64,000 bases of DNA from an uncultured Oscillospiraceae bacterium (GCA_964369205.1 CAYJEK010000006.1:184-64183), one strand, 5' to 3'. Shown: positions 35,976 to 45,308, counted from the first letter of the stretch. The notes: generated by a model from the letters alone, not told the origin. A program made the numbers and translations.

Positions 35976-38192
35976 GTGAGTAAATTAAAGCAAACGATAA
36001 TTGCCAGTACTATTTCTATTACTGTTTTATTATTTGTTGTGATTATTTTAAATTATGTAACGAGTATAAATCAAATTTTATTAGGCTTCACTGTGCAAAA
36101 TTTAGAAGATGAAATTAATTCGCATAGAGACGGATTTAATGAATTAATAGTGAATGAAATAACTTCTCTTCAAAGAGTGGCTAGTACACTTTCCATTTTC
36201 GAAGAAACAGAAGATAATGCAACTTATGAGTATTTAAAAAGTGTGGAAAATTTTTCAGTTTTTAATATATTATATGCAGTGAATAGAGATGGATACGGAA
36301 CTACTAGCGAAGGTGAAGTTATAGATTTATCAAAAGAAGATTATTTTAATGAAACTATGAATGGAAAAATAGTAGTGACAGAGAAAAGAACTTCTTTAAC
36401 TGGTAGTAATGAGGATATCATGGTAATAACAATGCCTTTATATTATGAGGGCACTGTTGAAGGGGTTTTAGCGGCAGAATACCCTGTGGAAGAGATAGTT
36501 GATTCGATTTATTTTGAAAACGGGAACGAAATATTTATAGTGAATCCAGAATCAGAAATAATTGTAGAATGTTTAAACAAAGTAGATGGAAATCAAGACG
36601 GGGAACATCTTGAAGATTATTTTAAGGAAGCCATATTTGAAAAAGGTAGCCTAGATGAGCTTTTAAGTAATGTTAAAGCTGGAAGAAGTGGTAGCGCTGT
36701 TATTAATATTAAAGGAATTGAGGAATACGTTGAGTATCGTCCTTTAAATGTTAATGGCTGGATATTAGTGGCAACTATATCTAGTGATTTAATTTCAGCT
36801 GATGTAGAAAACATTGTGGAAATGATTTCTATTCTAACTATTGGGATTATTTTTGTGTTTATGGCTTTAATTGGATATGTTTTTGTTTCAAGGCAAAATT
36901 ACATTAGTGATATTGAAAAGGTTGCTTATTACGATACATTAACAGGACTTCCAAACATACATAAATTCAAAATAGAAGCAGCGAATTTAATGAAGAAAAA
37001 TCCTGAGGTGAATTTTGCTATTGTAAAACTTGATATTATAAACTTTAAAACTATTAATGCTATGTACGATTTTGATATGGGTAATAAAGTTATTAAAGCT
37101 ATAGCAAATGTTTTAATAGATGCAAAATATGGTGATGAATATTTAGTTGCAAGAGTTGGTATTGATGAATTCCTATTATTTAGTAAAGATTTTATATTAA
37201 AAGATTTAGATAGTGCAAAATATATTTATGAGGCAGCATTTAAAAGAAAATTACCTGCGATAAGCGATCATAATATAGAATTCAGATATGGAAGATATAT
37301 TTTAGAAGAAAATGAAACTAATATAGATGCTGTTTTAGATAAAGTAACTCTTGCACATGCAAGTGCAAAAGGAAAATCAGCAGAATATATATATGATTAT
37401 GACGAAACTGTTAAAACTTTAATTATAAAGCAAACAGAAATTCAAAATAAAATGTATTCAGCTCTTGAAGAAGGAGAGTTTAAAGCTTACTTACAACCAA
37501 AGTTCAATATTTTAACAAATGAAATATCTGGAGCAGAAGCATTAGTGAGATGGGTAGAAAAAGATGGCAAAATGATAATGCCAAATGATTTTATACCAAT
37601 ATTTGAAACAAATGGATTTATAACAAGGGTTGATATTTATGTCCTCACTCTAGTTTGTAAAAAAATAAGAAAATGGCTTGATGCTTCGTATAAAGTTGTT
37701 CCGATTTCTGTTAATTTTTCAAGAATGCATTTTAATAATGAAAATTTTATTGATGAAATCTTATATGTAGCTAACAAATATAATACTCCAAAAGAATTAA
37801 TTGAAATAGAGATAACAGAGAGTGTTATGTTTGATAATGAAGAAAAAATGCTCTTAACTGCTCAAAAATTAAGAGAAGAAGGCTTTAAAGTTTCAATAGA
37901 TGATTTTGGAAGTGGCTATTCTTCATTAGGACAACTAAAGAATATACTAGTAGATATAGTAAAAATCGACAGAAGCTTTTTTACAGGGGCTCAAGATGAA
38001 AAGAAAAGTAATTTAGTTGTTGCAAGTACAATAGATATGCTTCAAAAATTAAATTTAAAAACAGTTGCTGAAGGTGTTGAAACAAAAGAACAGGTTGAGT
38101 TTTTAAAAGAAATTGGCTGCGAAATGGCGCAAGGATATTTTTATTCAAGGCCCGTTTCAGTAGAAGAATTTGAAGATAAATATGTTTTTTGA
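35976..38192 (+). CDS. membrane sensor protein: Cache-like periplasmic domain, degenerate GGDEF, EAL (likely c-di-GMP phosphodiesterase)
   Basis: GTG start 8 nt after AAGGAGG. The GGDEF position reads GIDEF. The EAL domain keeps EALVRW, DDFGSGYSSL, KIDRSF, EGVET and QGYFYSRP. Confidence 0.85.
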   Translation: MSKLKQTIIASTISITVLLFVVIILNYVTSINQILLGFTVQNLEDEINSHRDGFNELIVNEITSLQRVASTLSIFEETEDNATYEYLKSVENFSVFNILYAVNRDGYGTTSEGEVIDLSKEDYFNETMNGKIVVTEKRTSLTGSNEDIMVITMPLYYEGTVEGVLAAEYPVEEIVDSIYFENGNEIFIVNPESEIIVECLNKVDGNQDGEHLEDYFKEAIFEKGSLDELLSNVKAGRSGSAVINIKGIEEYVEYRPLNVNGWILVATISSDLISADVENIVEMISILTIGIIFVFMALIGYVFVSRQNYISDIEKVAYYDTLTGLPNIHKFKIEAANLMKKNPEVNFAIVKLDIINFKTINAMYDFDMGNKVIKAIANVLIDAKYGDEYLVARVGIDEFLLFSKDFILKDLDSAKYIYEAAFKRKLPAISDHNIEFRYGRYILEENETNIDAVLDKVTLAHASAKGKSAEYIYDYDETVKTLIIKQTEIQNKMYSALEEGEFKAYLQPKFNILTNEISGAEALVRWVEKDGKMIMPNDFIPIFETNGFITRVDIYVLTLVCKKIRKWLDASYKVVPISVNFSRMHFNNENFIDEILYVANKYNTPKELIEIEITESVMFDNEEKMLLTAQKLREEGFKVSIDDFGSGYSSLGQLKNILVDIVKIDRSFFTGAQDEKKSNLVVASTIDMLQKLNLKTVAEGVETKEQVEFLKEIGCEMAQGYFYSRPVSVEEFEDKYVF

Positions 38193-38203
38193 AAATTAAT
38201 TAA

Positions 38204-38236
38204 AAAAAGCTGATTTTTTATAAAATCAGCTTTTTT
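38204..38236. terminator. bidirectional terminator
   Basis: 14-bp stem aaaaagctgatttt / aaaatcagcttttt. Confidence 0.8.
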
Positions 38237-38263
38237 GTTTTTTACTAATAACTATCAAATAAA

Positions 38264-38296
38264 AGAAAAAAGGAATGGCATTTGCCATCCCTTTAT
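38264..38296 (-). terminator. terminator of the flagellin gene
   Basis: On the minus strand: GGGATGGCAAATGCCATTCC followed by TTTTTTC. Confidence 0.7.
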
Positions 38297-38343
38297 CCTT
38301 TACAATCTTTTTATGCGAAAAAAGAATTTTCTGCTTAGAAAAA

Positions 38344-39156
38344 TTATTGTAGTAATTGAAGAATACCTTGTGGTGTTTGGTTTGCTTGAGCAAGCATTGA
38401 TTGAGAAGCTTGAACAAGAATGTTGTTTTTAGTGTAAGCCATCATTTCTGTAGCCATGTCAACGTCACGGATACGGCTTTCAGCAGCTGTCATGTTTTCA
38501 GTTGTAACACTTAGGTTGTTGATTGTGTGTTCTAGTCTGTTTTGTAGAGCACCTAGATTACCTCTTTGTACTGAAACATTTTCGATAGCAGTTGAAATTA
38601 AACCAATAGCAGTAGAAGCAGCTGTAGTATCTGCAACAGAAGCAGCATTTACGCCAATACCAGCAGCACCCATGTTAGTGATACCAACAGTTAATGTTTG
38701 AGTAGATGTGTCACCGATTTGAAGAACAGCACCAGTCATTGTACCATCAAGTAGTTTTGTGCCATTGAATGTAGTATCTGTTGAAATTCTGTTGATTTCG
38801 CTAGTTAATGCATCAAATTCAGCTTCTAATTTTTGTCTATCAGATGTTGAGTAGATACCGTTAGCTGATTGAACTGCAAGTTCTGACATTCTGTTTAGCA
38901 TTGAGTGAACTTCTGTTAAAGCACCTTCAGCTGTTTGAATCATAGAAATGCCGTCAGCAGCATTTTTTTGAGCTGTTTCAAGACCTGTGATTTGAGCTCT
39001 CATTTTTTCTGAGATAGCAAGACCAGCAGCATCGTCACCAGCACGGTTAATTCTGTAACCTGATGATAGTTTTTCTAAGCTTTTACCAACAGCTGAGTTG
39101 TTGTTAGTAAGGTTTCTGTTAGCGTTTAACGCTGTAATATTATGTTGAATACGCAT
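38344..39156 (-). CDS. fliC: flagellin
   Basis: The N-terminus MRIQHNITALNANRNL…SSGYRINRAGDDAAGLAISEKM and the C-terminus …AQANQTPQGILQLLQ are canonical. 270 aa. Confidence 0.95.
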   Translation of the reverse strand: MRIQHNITALNANRNLTNNNSAVGKSLEKLSSGYRINRAGDDAAGLAISEKMRAQITGLETAQKNAADGISMIQTAEGALTEVHSMLNRMSELAVQSANGIYSTSDRQKLEAEFDALTSEINRISTDTTFNGTKLLDGTMTGAVLQIGDTSTQTLTVGITNMGAAGIGVNAASVADTTAASTAIGLISTAIENVSVQRGNLGALQNRLEHTINNLSVTTENMTAAESRIRDVDMATEMMAYTKNNILVQASQSMLAQANQTPQGILQLLQ

Positions 39157-39186
39157 AAAAAATTTCCTCCATGAAATTTGTAATAA

Positions 39187-39204
39187 CTAAACTTCCGTGT
39201 TTAG
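39187..39204 (-). promoter_or_regulatory. GGA-loop hairpin in the flagellin 5' UTR (candidate CsrA site)
   Basis: The minus-strand RNA is CUAAAC-ACGGAA-GUUUAG. A second GGA lies in the SD (AUGGAGGAA). Confidence 0.45.
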
Positions 39205-39247
39205 TTTTTCCGTTTTAGTAAGACACTTTATCCTACTCTCAAATAGT

Positions 39248-39275
39248 ATATCGGCTTCATAAAATAAAACTTAAG
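39248..39275 (-). promoter_or_regulatory. SigD (sigma-28) type promoter of flagellin
   Basis: On the minus strand: TTAAG, 14-nt spacer, GCCGATAT. The Firmicute consensus is TAAA-N15-GCCGATAT. Confidence 0.75.
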
Positions 39276-39318
39276 TAAAAAAATAAAAAAAATAAACCTT
39301 TTTATAATAAGGTTTATT

Positions 39319-39927
39319 TTAAAGATTATTTTTTAGATAATTCATCACTAAAGTTTTAATATTATTTAAATCTGATTCTATTATAACAGCACCTTTTTCT
39401 TTTGCAACCATTGGCATTCCATAAACAACACAGCTTTCTTTGTTTTGCCCTATTGTATATCCGCCATTATTTTTTATTTCTAAAAGTCCATTTGCCCCAT
39501 CTTGCCCCATCCCTGTTAAAATAATACCTATACTATTATTTTTAGCACTACGAGCAACAGAGGAAAATAAAACATCAACACTAGGTCTGTGTCCTGAAAC
39601 TTTATCGCCTTTAGTAAGTGAAATTTGATAATTTTCGCCAGTTTTTAAAACTTTCATATGAAAATCTCCGCCAGGTGCGATATAAACTGAGCCTCTTGAT
39701 AAAAAATCTCCGTGCTGAGCTTCTTTAACGGTGAGCTTGCATTTTGAATTTGCTCTTTGAGCATATAAATTAGTAAAAACTTCTGGCATATGCTGTGTTA
39801 CTACAATAGGTGGCATATCCTTTGGAAATTCTTTTAAAATATCTAAAATAGCCTCAGTGCCCCCAGTGGAGGCACCGATAGCTATAACAATATTATTAAA
39901 ATCTAATTTAGAAATAATATTAGGCAT
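39319..39927 (-). CDS. cheB: protein-glutamate methylesterase CheB, catalytic domain only (no receiver domain)
   Basis: 202 aa. Catalytic-triad contexts are present (GASTGG, TQHMP, TGMGQDG). No N-terminal REC domain. Confidence 0.85.
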   Translation of the reverse strand: MPNIISKLDFNNIVIAIGASTGGTEAILDILKEFPKDMPPIVVTQHMPEVFTNLYAQRANSKCKLTVKEAQHGDFLSRGSVYIAPGGDFHMKVLKTGENYQISLTKGDKVSGHRPSVDVLFSSVARSAKNNSIGIILTGMGQDGANGLLEIKNNGGYTIGQNKESCVVYGMPMVAKEKGAVIIESDLNNIKTLVMNYLKNNL

Positions 39928-39943
39928 ATAAAGACATTATCCT

Positions 39944-40765
39944 TTATTTAATTTTTCTGTATCCAGAAGGCATAACCCATTTATAGTTTGTTGTTTCAAG
40001 AGCAACAGTTTCGCTATTGCCTATAAAAAGATATCCGCCCCAGTTTGTAGCGTCATAAAATCTATTAACTAAGTTATCTCTTGTGTCTTTATCAAAATAA
40101 ATCATAACATTTCTACAAAAAATCACATCGAAATTTCTCTTAAATTTTATAGGCTCCATTAAATTGAATGTTTTAAAAACAACATTGTTTCTTATTTCTT
40201 CACACACAGTGTATGTTTTTTTATCACTAGATGGAATAAAGTATTTTTCTATCCATTCCTTTGGCATATCTTTTAAGCCATTAGCAGTGTAAGTGCCTTT
40301 TTTTGCAGCAGATAGGGCTTTTTGAGAAATATCTGTTGCCAAAATTTTAGTATCCCACTTACCAGGCTTTTTAGAAAAATACTCTTTTAATAAAATGGAA
40401 AGAGTATAAGGTTCTTCTCCAGAAGAGCAACCTGCACTCCAAATAGATAAAACTTTATCCTTGTTATTCATTTCAAGATATGGAAGAACAGTTGTGTTAA
40501 AATATTCAAAGTGAGAAAATTCGCGCATATAATAAGTATGGTTAGTAGTAAGTAAGTTAAGCATTTTAGATTTATCAGTTTCGTTATTAGTATTAATAAT
40601 ATATTGAATATATTCTGATATTGAATTATATCCCTCACTAATAGTGAAATTACTTAGTCTGCTAGACACTAGTTGTGTTTTTCCTTCAAGATTTATACCA
40701 TAGTTTTTCTTAACAAAATCAACAAGGATGTTAAAATCTTTATCATTTAATTCTTGATTTCGCAT
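39944..40765 (-). CDS. cheR: chemotaxis protein methyltransferase CheR
   Basis: SAM-binding IWSAGCSSGEEPYT. ATG 40765 was preferred because GGAG lies 6 nt upstream, whereas the track start at 40777 overlaps cheW. Confidence 0.9.
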   Translation of the reverse strand: MRNQELNDKDFNILVDFVKKNYGINLEGKTQLVSSRLSNFTISEGYNSISEYIQYIINTNNETDKSKMLNLLTTNHTYYMREFSHFEYFNTTVLPYLEMNNKDKVLSIWSAGCSSGEEPYTLSILLKEYFSKKPGKWDTKILATDISQKALSAAKKGTYTANGLKDMPKEWIEKYFIPSSDKKTYTVCEEIRNNVVFKTFNLMEPIKFKRNFDVIFCRNVMIYFDKDTRDNLVNRFYDATNWGGYLFIGNSETVALETTNYKWVMPSGYRKIK

Positions 40766-40766
40766 T

Positions 40767-41243
40767 TTACACTCCATTTATTAGCGCTGGACAGTCGATT
40801 AATAAAACAACTGTTCCATCATCTAATTTAATCATAGAATTAGTTATATCCTGTTTATTTTGAACAGGAATTGGTGATGATTTAGATGCATCTATAGTTT
40901 GAACTTGGATAACTGTATCCACAACAAGGCCAACTAAAGATCCTTCATATTCAATAACGATAACACATGTATTATTATCATATTCAATAAACTCTTTTTT
41001 CATGCGAAGACGCATATCAATTATAGGAAGTACTTGTCCTCTTAAATTTATAACTCCTTTAACATAAGAGGGTACCATAGGTACACTTCTGATATTAAAA
41101 GTTGCAAGTATTTCGATAACATTTATAGAATTAATCCCAAAAACTAAACCATCAGATAAAAATGTTAAAAATCTATCTGTTACTATTTCATTTTCGATAA
41201 TTTCTTCTTCTGGTTCTTCTACTCTTTTAAATAACTCAGACAT
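40767..41243 (-). CDS. cheW: chemotaxis coupling protein CheW
   Basis: The CheW fold sequence is FLTFLSDGLVFGINSINVIEI…VKGVINLRGQVLPIIDMR. GGAGG lies upstream of ATG 41243. Confidence 0.9.
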   Translation of the reverse strand: MSELFKRVEEPEEEIIENEIVTDRFLTFLSDGLVFGINSINVIEILATFNIRSVPMVPSYVKGVINLRGQVLPIIDMRLRMKKEFIEYDNNTCVIVIEYEGSLVGLVVDTVIQVQTIDASKSSPIPVQNKQDITNSMIKLDDGTVVLLIDCPALINGV

Positions 41244-41244
41244 A

Positions 41245-43371
41245 TTACATTCCTCCAATTTCTACTTTTTTAGTTTTTGCAGCTCCAAATAAAGCCTCTA
41301 CATCTAAAATTAAGCTGATATTACCATTTCCAAGTATTGTACAACCACTAACACCAGAACGTTTAATATCAAAATTATTTAAGTAAGCTGGTAATGGTTT
41401 TACAACAACTTGCTGCTCTCCTATTAATTTATCAACGAATAAGCAATAAGAACGTACTCCACTTTCAACCCAAATTAAAATACCATCTTCTAATTTTGTG
41501 GCTGAATTATCTATACCATATATATCATTTAATCTAATTATAGGATAGAAATTACCCATATAAGAAATTAATTCATTGTTTTCAACATCAAGTAAGATAT
41601 CCTCACTTTTTGCAATAAATGATTGACGTATATTATTAATAGGTATAGTGAAAGCATCAGGACCACACGCAACTTCCATACCACTAACAATAGCAAGAGT
41701 TAGAGGGATTTTTAAAGTAACACAGAAGTTTTCTCCTTTATTGTTAGTAATAGTAACATTACCACCAATCGATTCAACATTCTTTTTAACAACATCAAGT
41801 CCAACGCCTCTTCCTGAATACTCAGTAACTTCACTATTAGTTGAAAAGCCAGCCATAGTTAAAAAGTTTACTATTTCATGCTCAGTATAATCGCTAGGTG
41901 CTTTTGAAAGAAGACCTTTTCTTTCTGCTTTTGAAAGGATAGCTTCAGTATTTATATCAGCGCCATCATTTTCAATTTGAATGATAACTTCACTACCTGT
42001 GTTTTTAGCGGATAAAATAATCTCGCCTTGAGGATTTTTACCCGCGGCAACTCTTTCCTCGGAAGTTTTCTCAATTCCGTGATCCATAGCATTACGAACA
42101 ATATGCATAATTGGATCTCCAATAGAGTCAACAATAGTTTTATCAACTTCTGTTTCTTCGCCTATAATAGTGAGTTTTACATCTTTATTTAAAGCTTTTG
42201 ACATATCTCTTACAATACGATTCATTTTTTGGAATACGCCAGAAACAGGTACCATTCTAAGAGACATAACAATATCCTGTAAATCATCTGTTAACTTACG
42301 AAGTTGCCTTGTTGATTTTAAAAATGCATCTAATTTTAAACCTTCAAGTTCTGGAGATGCGGCTACCATTGATTCAGTTATAACAATTTCGCCAACTATA
42401 GCCATTAAATTATCAAGTTTATCAAGTTTTACACTGATTAAACTTTGTTTTGATTGATTAATAGTTTTAATTTGATTTGAAATATCCTTAGGGTTTCCGT
42501 TTGCACTACTAGGCGCGGGAGTTTCTTTTTTAGGAGGCTCTTCTTTTTTTATTTCTTCCTTAATTTCATTAACTTCTTTAGTTAATGGTTTTTCGCCCTC
42601 ATCTTGAAGAGCTAAGAATGCAGGATTTGCCACAATTTCATATGAGCGCAGATTACTAATAGCATCAAGTGATGCAATGCTAGTTTCAACACTTTCCTCA
42701 TCTTTAAGACCGATAAAGAAACCTTCATTTGCGATAAATGTAGCTGTTTCAGAATTTGAGTCTATATCATTTGGATGAATAACAGTTTCTATAGAATGCT
42801 CTTTTAAAGCATTAACAACTATTAGTGCACGAACATTTTCCATTCCACAGTCTTCATCAAATAAAATATGAAGGTAAAAAGGATAATCGCTAGAAAAATT
42901 TGGATCGAGCCCAGCTTCTTCACTTTCTTTGGCAGTATCTTGTGAGATAGCTTGGCCGCCACCTTTAACTTCATTTAATAAATTATCAATTTCTTTAACT
43001 AAAGGTTCGATATCATTAGTTAAAGTTTCGCTAGCTTCAACTTTTTCAATATCCTGCCTTAATCTGTCGGTACATTTAAATAATAAATTAAATAATATGC
43101 CTTTTTGAGATTCGTTAAATATACCTGTGCCATTTTCTCTGATTTCAAAGAATAAGTCTTCGATGTGGTGTGATAATTCCATTAGTGGTTGAAATTCCAT
43201 CATAGCTGAAGAGCCTTTAATAGTATGCATACTTCTAAAAATAGCATTAACATCATCGACAGAAAAGTCTCCTTCTTGTTCTGCCCTTAAAAGCAAATCA
43301 TCAAGCTCTGATAATAAAGTATTAGTCTCGTACAAATACGTGGCTAAAAGAGTTTCGTTTATATTATCCAT
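41245..43371 (-). CDS. cheA: chemotaxis histidine kinase CheA
   Basis: Hpt motif FRSMHTIKGSSAMM, an HATPase domain (DHGIE…, GRGVGLDVV) and a C-terminal CheW-like domain. The start was trimmed to MDNINETL. Confidence 0.95.
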   Translation of the reverse strand: MDNINETLLATYLYETNTLLSELDDLLLRAEQEGDFSVDDVNAIFRSMHTIKGSSAMMEFQPLMELSHHIEDLFFEIRENGTGIFNESQKGILFNLLFKCTDRLRQDIEKVEASETLTNDIEPLVKEIDNLLNEVKGGGQAISQDTAKESEEAGLDPNFSSDYPFYLHILFDEDCGMENVRALIVVNALKEHSIETVIHPNDIDSNSETATFIANEGFFIGLKDEESVETSIASLDAISNLRSYEIVANPAFLALQDEGEKPLTKEVNEIKEEIKKEEPPKKETPAPSSANGNPKDISNQIKTINQSKQSLISVKLDKLDNLMAIVGEIVITESMVAASPELEGLKLDAFLKSTRQLRKLTDDLQDIVMSLRMVPVSGVFQKMNRIVRDMSKALNKDVKLTIIGEETEVDKTIVDSIGDPIMHIVRNAMDHGIEKTSEERVAAGKNPQGEIILSAKNTGSEVIIQIENDGADINTEAILSKAERKGLLSKAPSDYTEHEIVNFLTMAGFSTNSEVTEYSGRGVGLDVVKKNVESIGGNVTITNNKGENFCVTLKIPLTLAIVSGMEVACGPDAFTIPINNIRQSFIAKSEDILLDVENNELISYMGNFYPIIRLNDIYGIDNSATKLEDGILIWVESGVRSYCLFVDKLIGEQQVVVKPLPAYLNNFDIKRSGVSGCTILGNGNISLILDVEALFGAAKTKKVEIGGM

Positions 43372-43527
43372 AATTCGATACCTACCGCCTTTTCTAAAAT
43401 ATATAAAACATATTGCAACCATAAATTGCTTATGGTAAAATAATATATATATATTATAATATAAAAAGATGATAAATGGAATAAAAATTTTTAAAATGTA
43501 ACAAAATTTTAAAAAAAAGGTGATAAA

Positions 43528-44946
43528 ATGTCAAATATTTTAAAAGTAACCACCCCTTTAGCGGGGTATGAAGCCCAAAATCAGGTAAAAAATCCAACAA
43601 ATAGGCCACTTGATCCCACAGTGCAGTCTCCAGTTGCACCAGATAAAGTGGTAAAACCTGATTCAAGAAGTGATTCTGCAAGTCAGGAAGCGGCATTAAA
43701 ATTTAGATACGAAACAAATTATGGAAATTTTCTTTCTCAAATAAATAATTTAAATGAGATGGGGGAAGATTTTGTAAAATTGTTTTTTGAAAAATTTTCC
43801 ACTTATGCAGAATCAGGACTTACAGATGGGTATTCTCAAAAAATAGCGGAATTTTTAAATATGGTATCTATTCCAAGTGAAGATTTAGCTGCATTTTTAA
43901 AAGAGCAAGGTGGGCTAAGTTTAAAACTTAGTGGAACATTTTTTGATGTTTTAAAACAAATAATGGATAACACAAATTCAGTGGAATTAAAAAGTGGTAT
44001 ATTAGATTTTCTAAAAAGATATGTAGATATGGCAGAAAATACTCACACAATGAATGGGATAAACAGTATATTAGGAAGTCTTAGAATGGGCATTATTCCT
44101 AGCCAAAGAGAAAGTTTTGATAAACTACTAGCTCAGCTTATGAATGTTTCTGAAAATGGAGATGGTGTTTTAAATAATTCACAAATTTTAAAAAATGATA
44201 TACTTCCTTTTTTAAATAGTTATGTTTCAAGAATGAATGATAGAGGTTTCTTAAGAGAAAATTCAGCGCTGCTTGGGAATTATATTGCAAGGCTTGAAAA
44301 CGGACTTCCATCAAGAGTGCAAGAAGCTTTTGAGAGTCTTTTAAGATTTCAAGGGATGCAATCAGCATTTAAAAACTTTGATCCAGCTGTTTTAATGCAA
44401 GTTTTGCAAAATACAGATTATATGAAAGCTAAAAAAAGCCAGAAATGGCAAGATAGTTTTATTGAAATTATAAAAGAGGGAATGAACTCAAATCAGGAAG
44501 AAAAATCGGTATATCAAGGACTAATGCAATCTATTTTACTAAATGAGAGTGTGTATATGCCTATTCTTCACACTATGCTTCCTCTTAATATAGATGGTAA
44601 ACTGATGTTTGCCCAAACTTGGATAGATCCAGATGCTCAAAAAGATCATAAAGAACGTGGGCTTGGAAAAATGGTTCAAGGTCTTGTTAAATTTGATATA
44701 GAGGGAATAGGTTTTTTTGATGTGTTTTTTATATATCAAGATAGCAATATGAAAATGCAAATTAGCTGTCCTACAGCACTGGAAACAGATATGAAAAGAA
44801 TAAAAGAAGATATTGTAAGATTAGTTTCTTCATACGGAATAAGTGTAGCAGAAATGTTTGTTGACACTCAGGATGTATCCATTCCAATTTCAGCTGCTTT
44901 CCCAAAAATATTTGAAAGGAAGAATTCAATAAATGTCTCAATTTAA
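43528..44946 (+). CDS. hypothetical protein, YlqG-like; the C-terminus resembles the FliK hook-length-control domain
   Basis: 472 aa. The C-terminal VQGLVKFDIEGIGFFDVFFIYQDSNMKMQISCP…IKEDIVRLVSSYGISVAEMFV follows the alternating-hydrophobic pattern of Flg_hook domains. It overlaps the next gene by 14 nt. Confidence 0.4.
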   Translation: MSNILKVTTPLAGYEAQNQVKNPTNRPLDPTVQSPVAPDKVVKPDSRSDSASQEAALKFRYETNYGNFLSQINNLNEMGEDFVKLFFEKFSTYAESGLTDGYSQKIAEFLNMVSIPSEDLAAFLKEQGGLSLKLSGTFFDVLKQIMDNTNSVELKSGILDFLKRYVDMAENTHTMNGINSILGSLRMGIIPSQRESFDKLLAQLMNVSENGDGVLNNSQILKNDILPFLNSYVSRMNDRGFLRENSALLGNYIARLENGLPSRVQEAFESLLRFQGMQSAFKNFDPAVLMQVLQNTDYMKAKKSQKWQDSFIEIIKEGMNSNQEEKSVYQGLMQSILLNESVYMPILHTMLPLNIDGKLMFAQTWIDPDAQKDHKERGLGKMVQGLVKFDIEGIGFFDVFFIYQDSNMKMQISCPTALETDMKRIKEDIVRLVSSYGISVAEMFVDTQDVSIPISAAFPKIFERKNSINVSI

Positions 44947-45283
44947 TAATGTGCTTAATAAAAAAGCGGTAGCTTTAAGCTATGATGAAAAGCAGGATGC
45001 TGCTCCTGTTATAGTAGCCTCAGGAATGGGACATTTAGCTGAAAAAATAGTTGAAGTTGCAAGAGAAAATAAAGTGCCAGTGTATGAGGACAACTCTCTA
45101 TCAACTATGCTAACTCAATTAGAACTAGGCTCGCCTGTTCCAGAAGAATTATACGAGGCTATAGTGGGGATATATGTTTATTTTTTAAATTACGGTAAAA
45201 ATAATATTCAAAATAAAAAAACAGAAGAAACACAAAACATACCACAAGAAGAAGTAGCTGAAAAAGAAGATGAAACTATATAA
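44933..45283 (+). CDS. free-standing FlhB C-terminal (FlhB-CC/EscU-like) domain protein, YlqH-like
   Basis: KAVALSYDEKQDAAPVIVASGMGHLAEKIVEVARENKVPVYED parallels the in-window FlhB segment YAVALKYEQGVSAAPIVLAMGQDSLALKIIEVANENNVTVVE. It has no TM domain and no NPTH. Confidence 0.8.
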   Translation: MSQFNNVLNKKAVALSYDEKQDAAPVIVASGMGHLAEKIVEVARENKVPVYEDNSLSTMLTQLELGSPVPEELYEAIVGIYVYFLNYGKNNIQNKKTEETQNIPQEEVAEKEDETI

Positions 45284-45308
45284 TAAAAAATATATAATTA
45301 TATAATAC

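Noticed and set aside
38226-38432. Two short ORFs (38226-38417 minus, 38235-38432 plus) between the EAL gene and flagellin
   Set aside because: They run through two terminator hairpins and into the flagellin 3' end. There is no SD, and the region is better explained as convergent terminators.
43372-43422. The long N-terminal extensions offered by the ORF track for CheA (MVAICFIYFRKGGRYRI-), PurE (MFFKCHLRKDFII-), the Cys-rich ORF, CheW and CheR
   Set aside because: In each case an internal ATG preceded by a better SD gives the canonical family N-terminus. The extensions read through promoter or leader sequence or the upstream gene.
43454-43696. 80-aa minus-strand ORF overlapping the start of the 472-aa gene
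   Set aside because: It is antisense to the 5' end of a much longer ORF and lies in the divergent promoter region. It has no SD and a Leu/Phe-rich composition.
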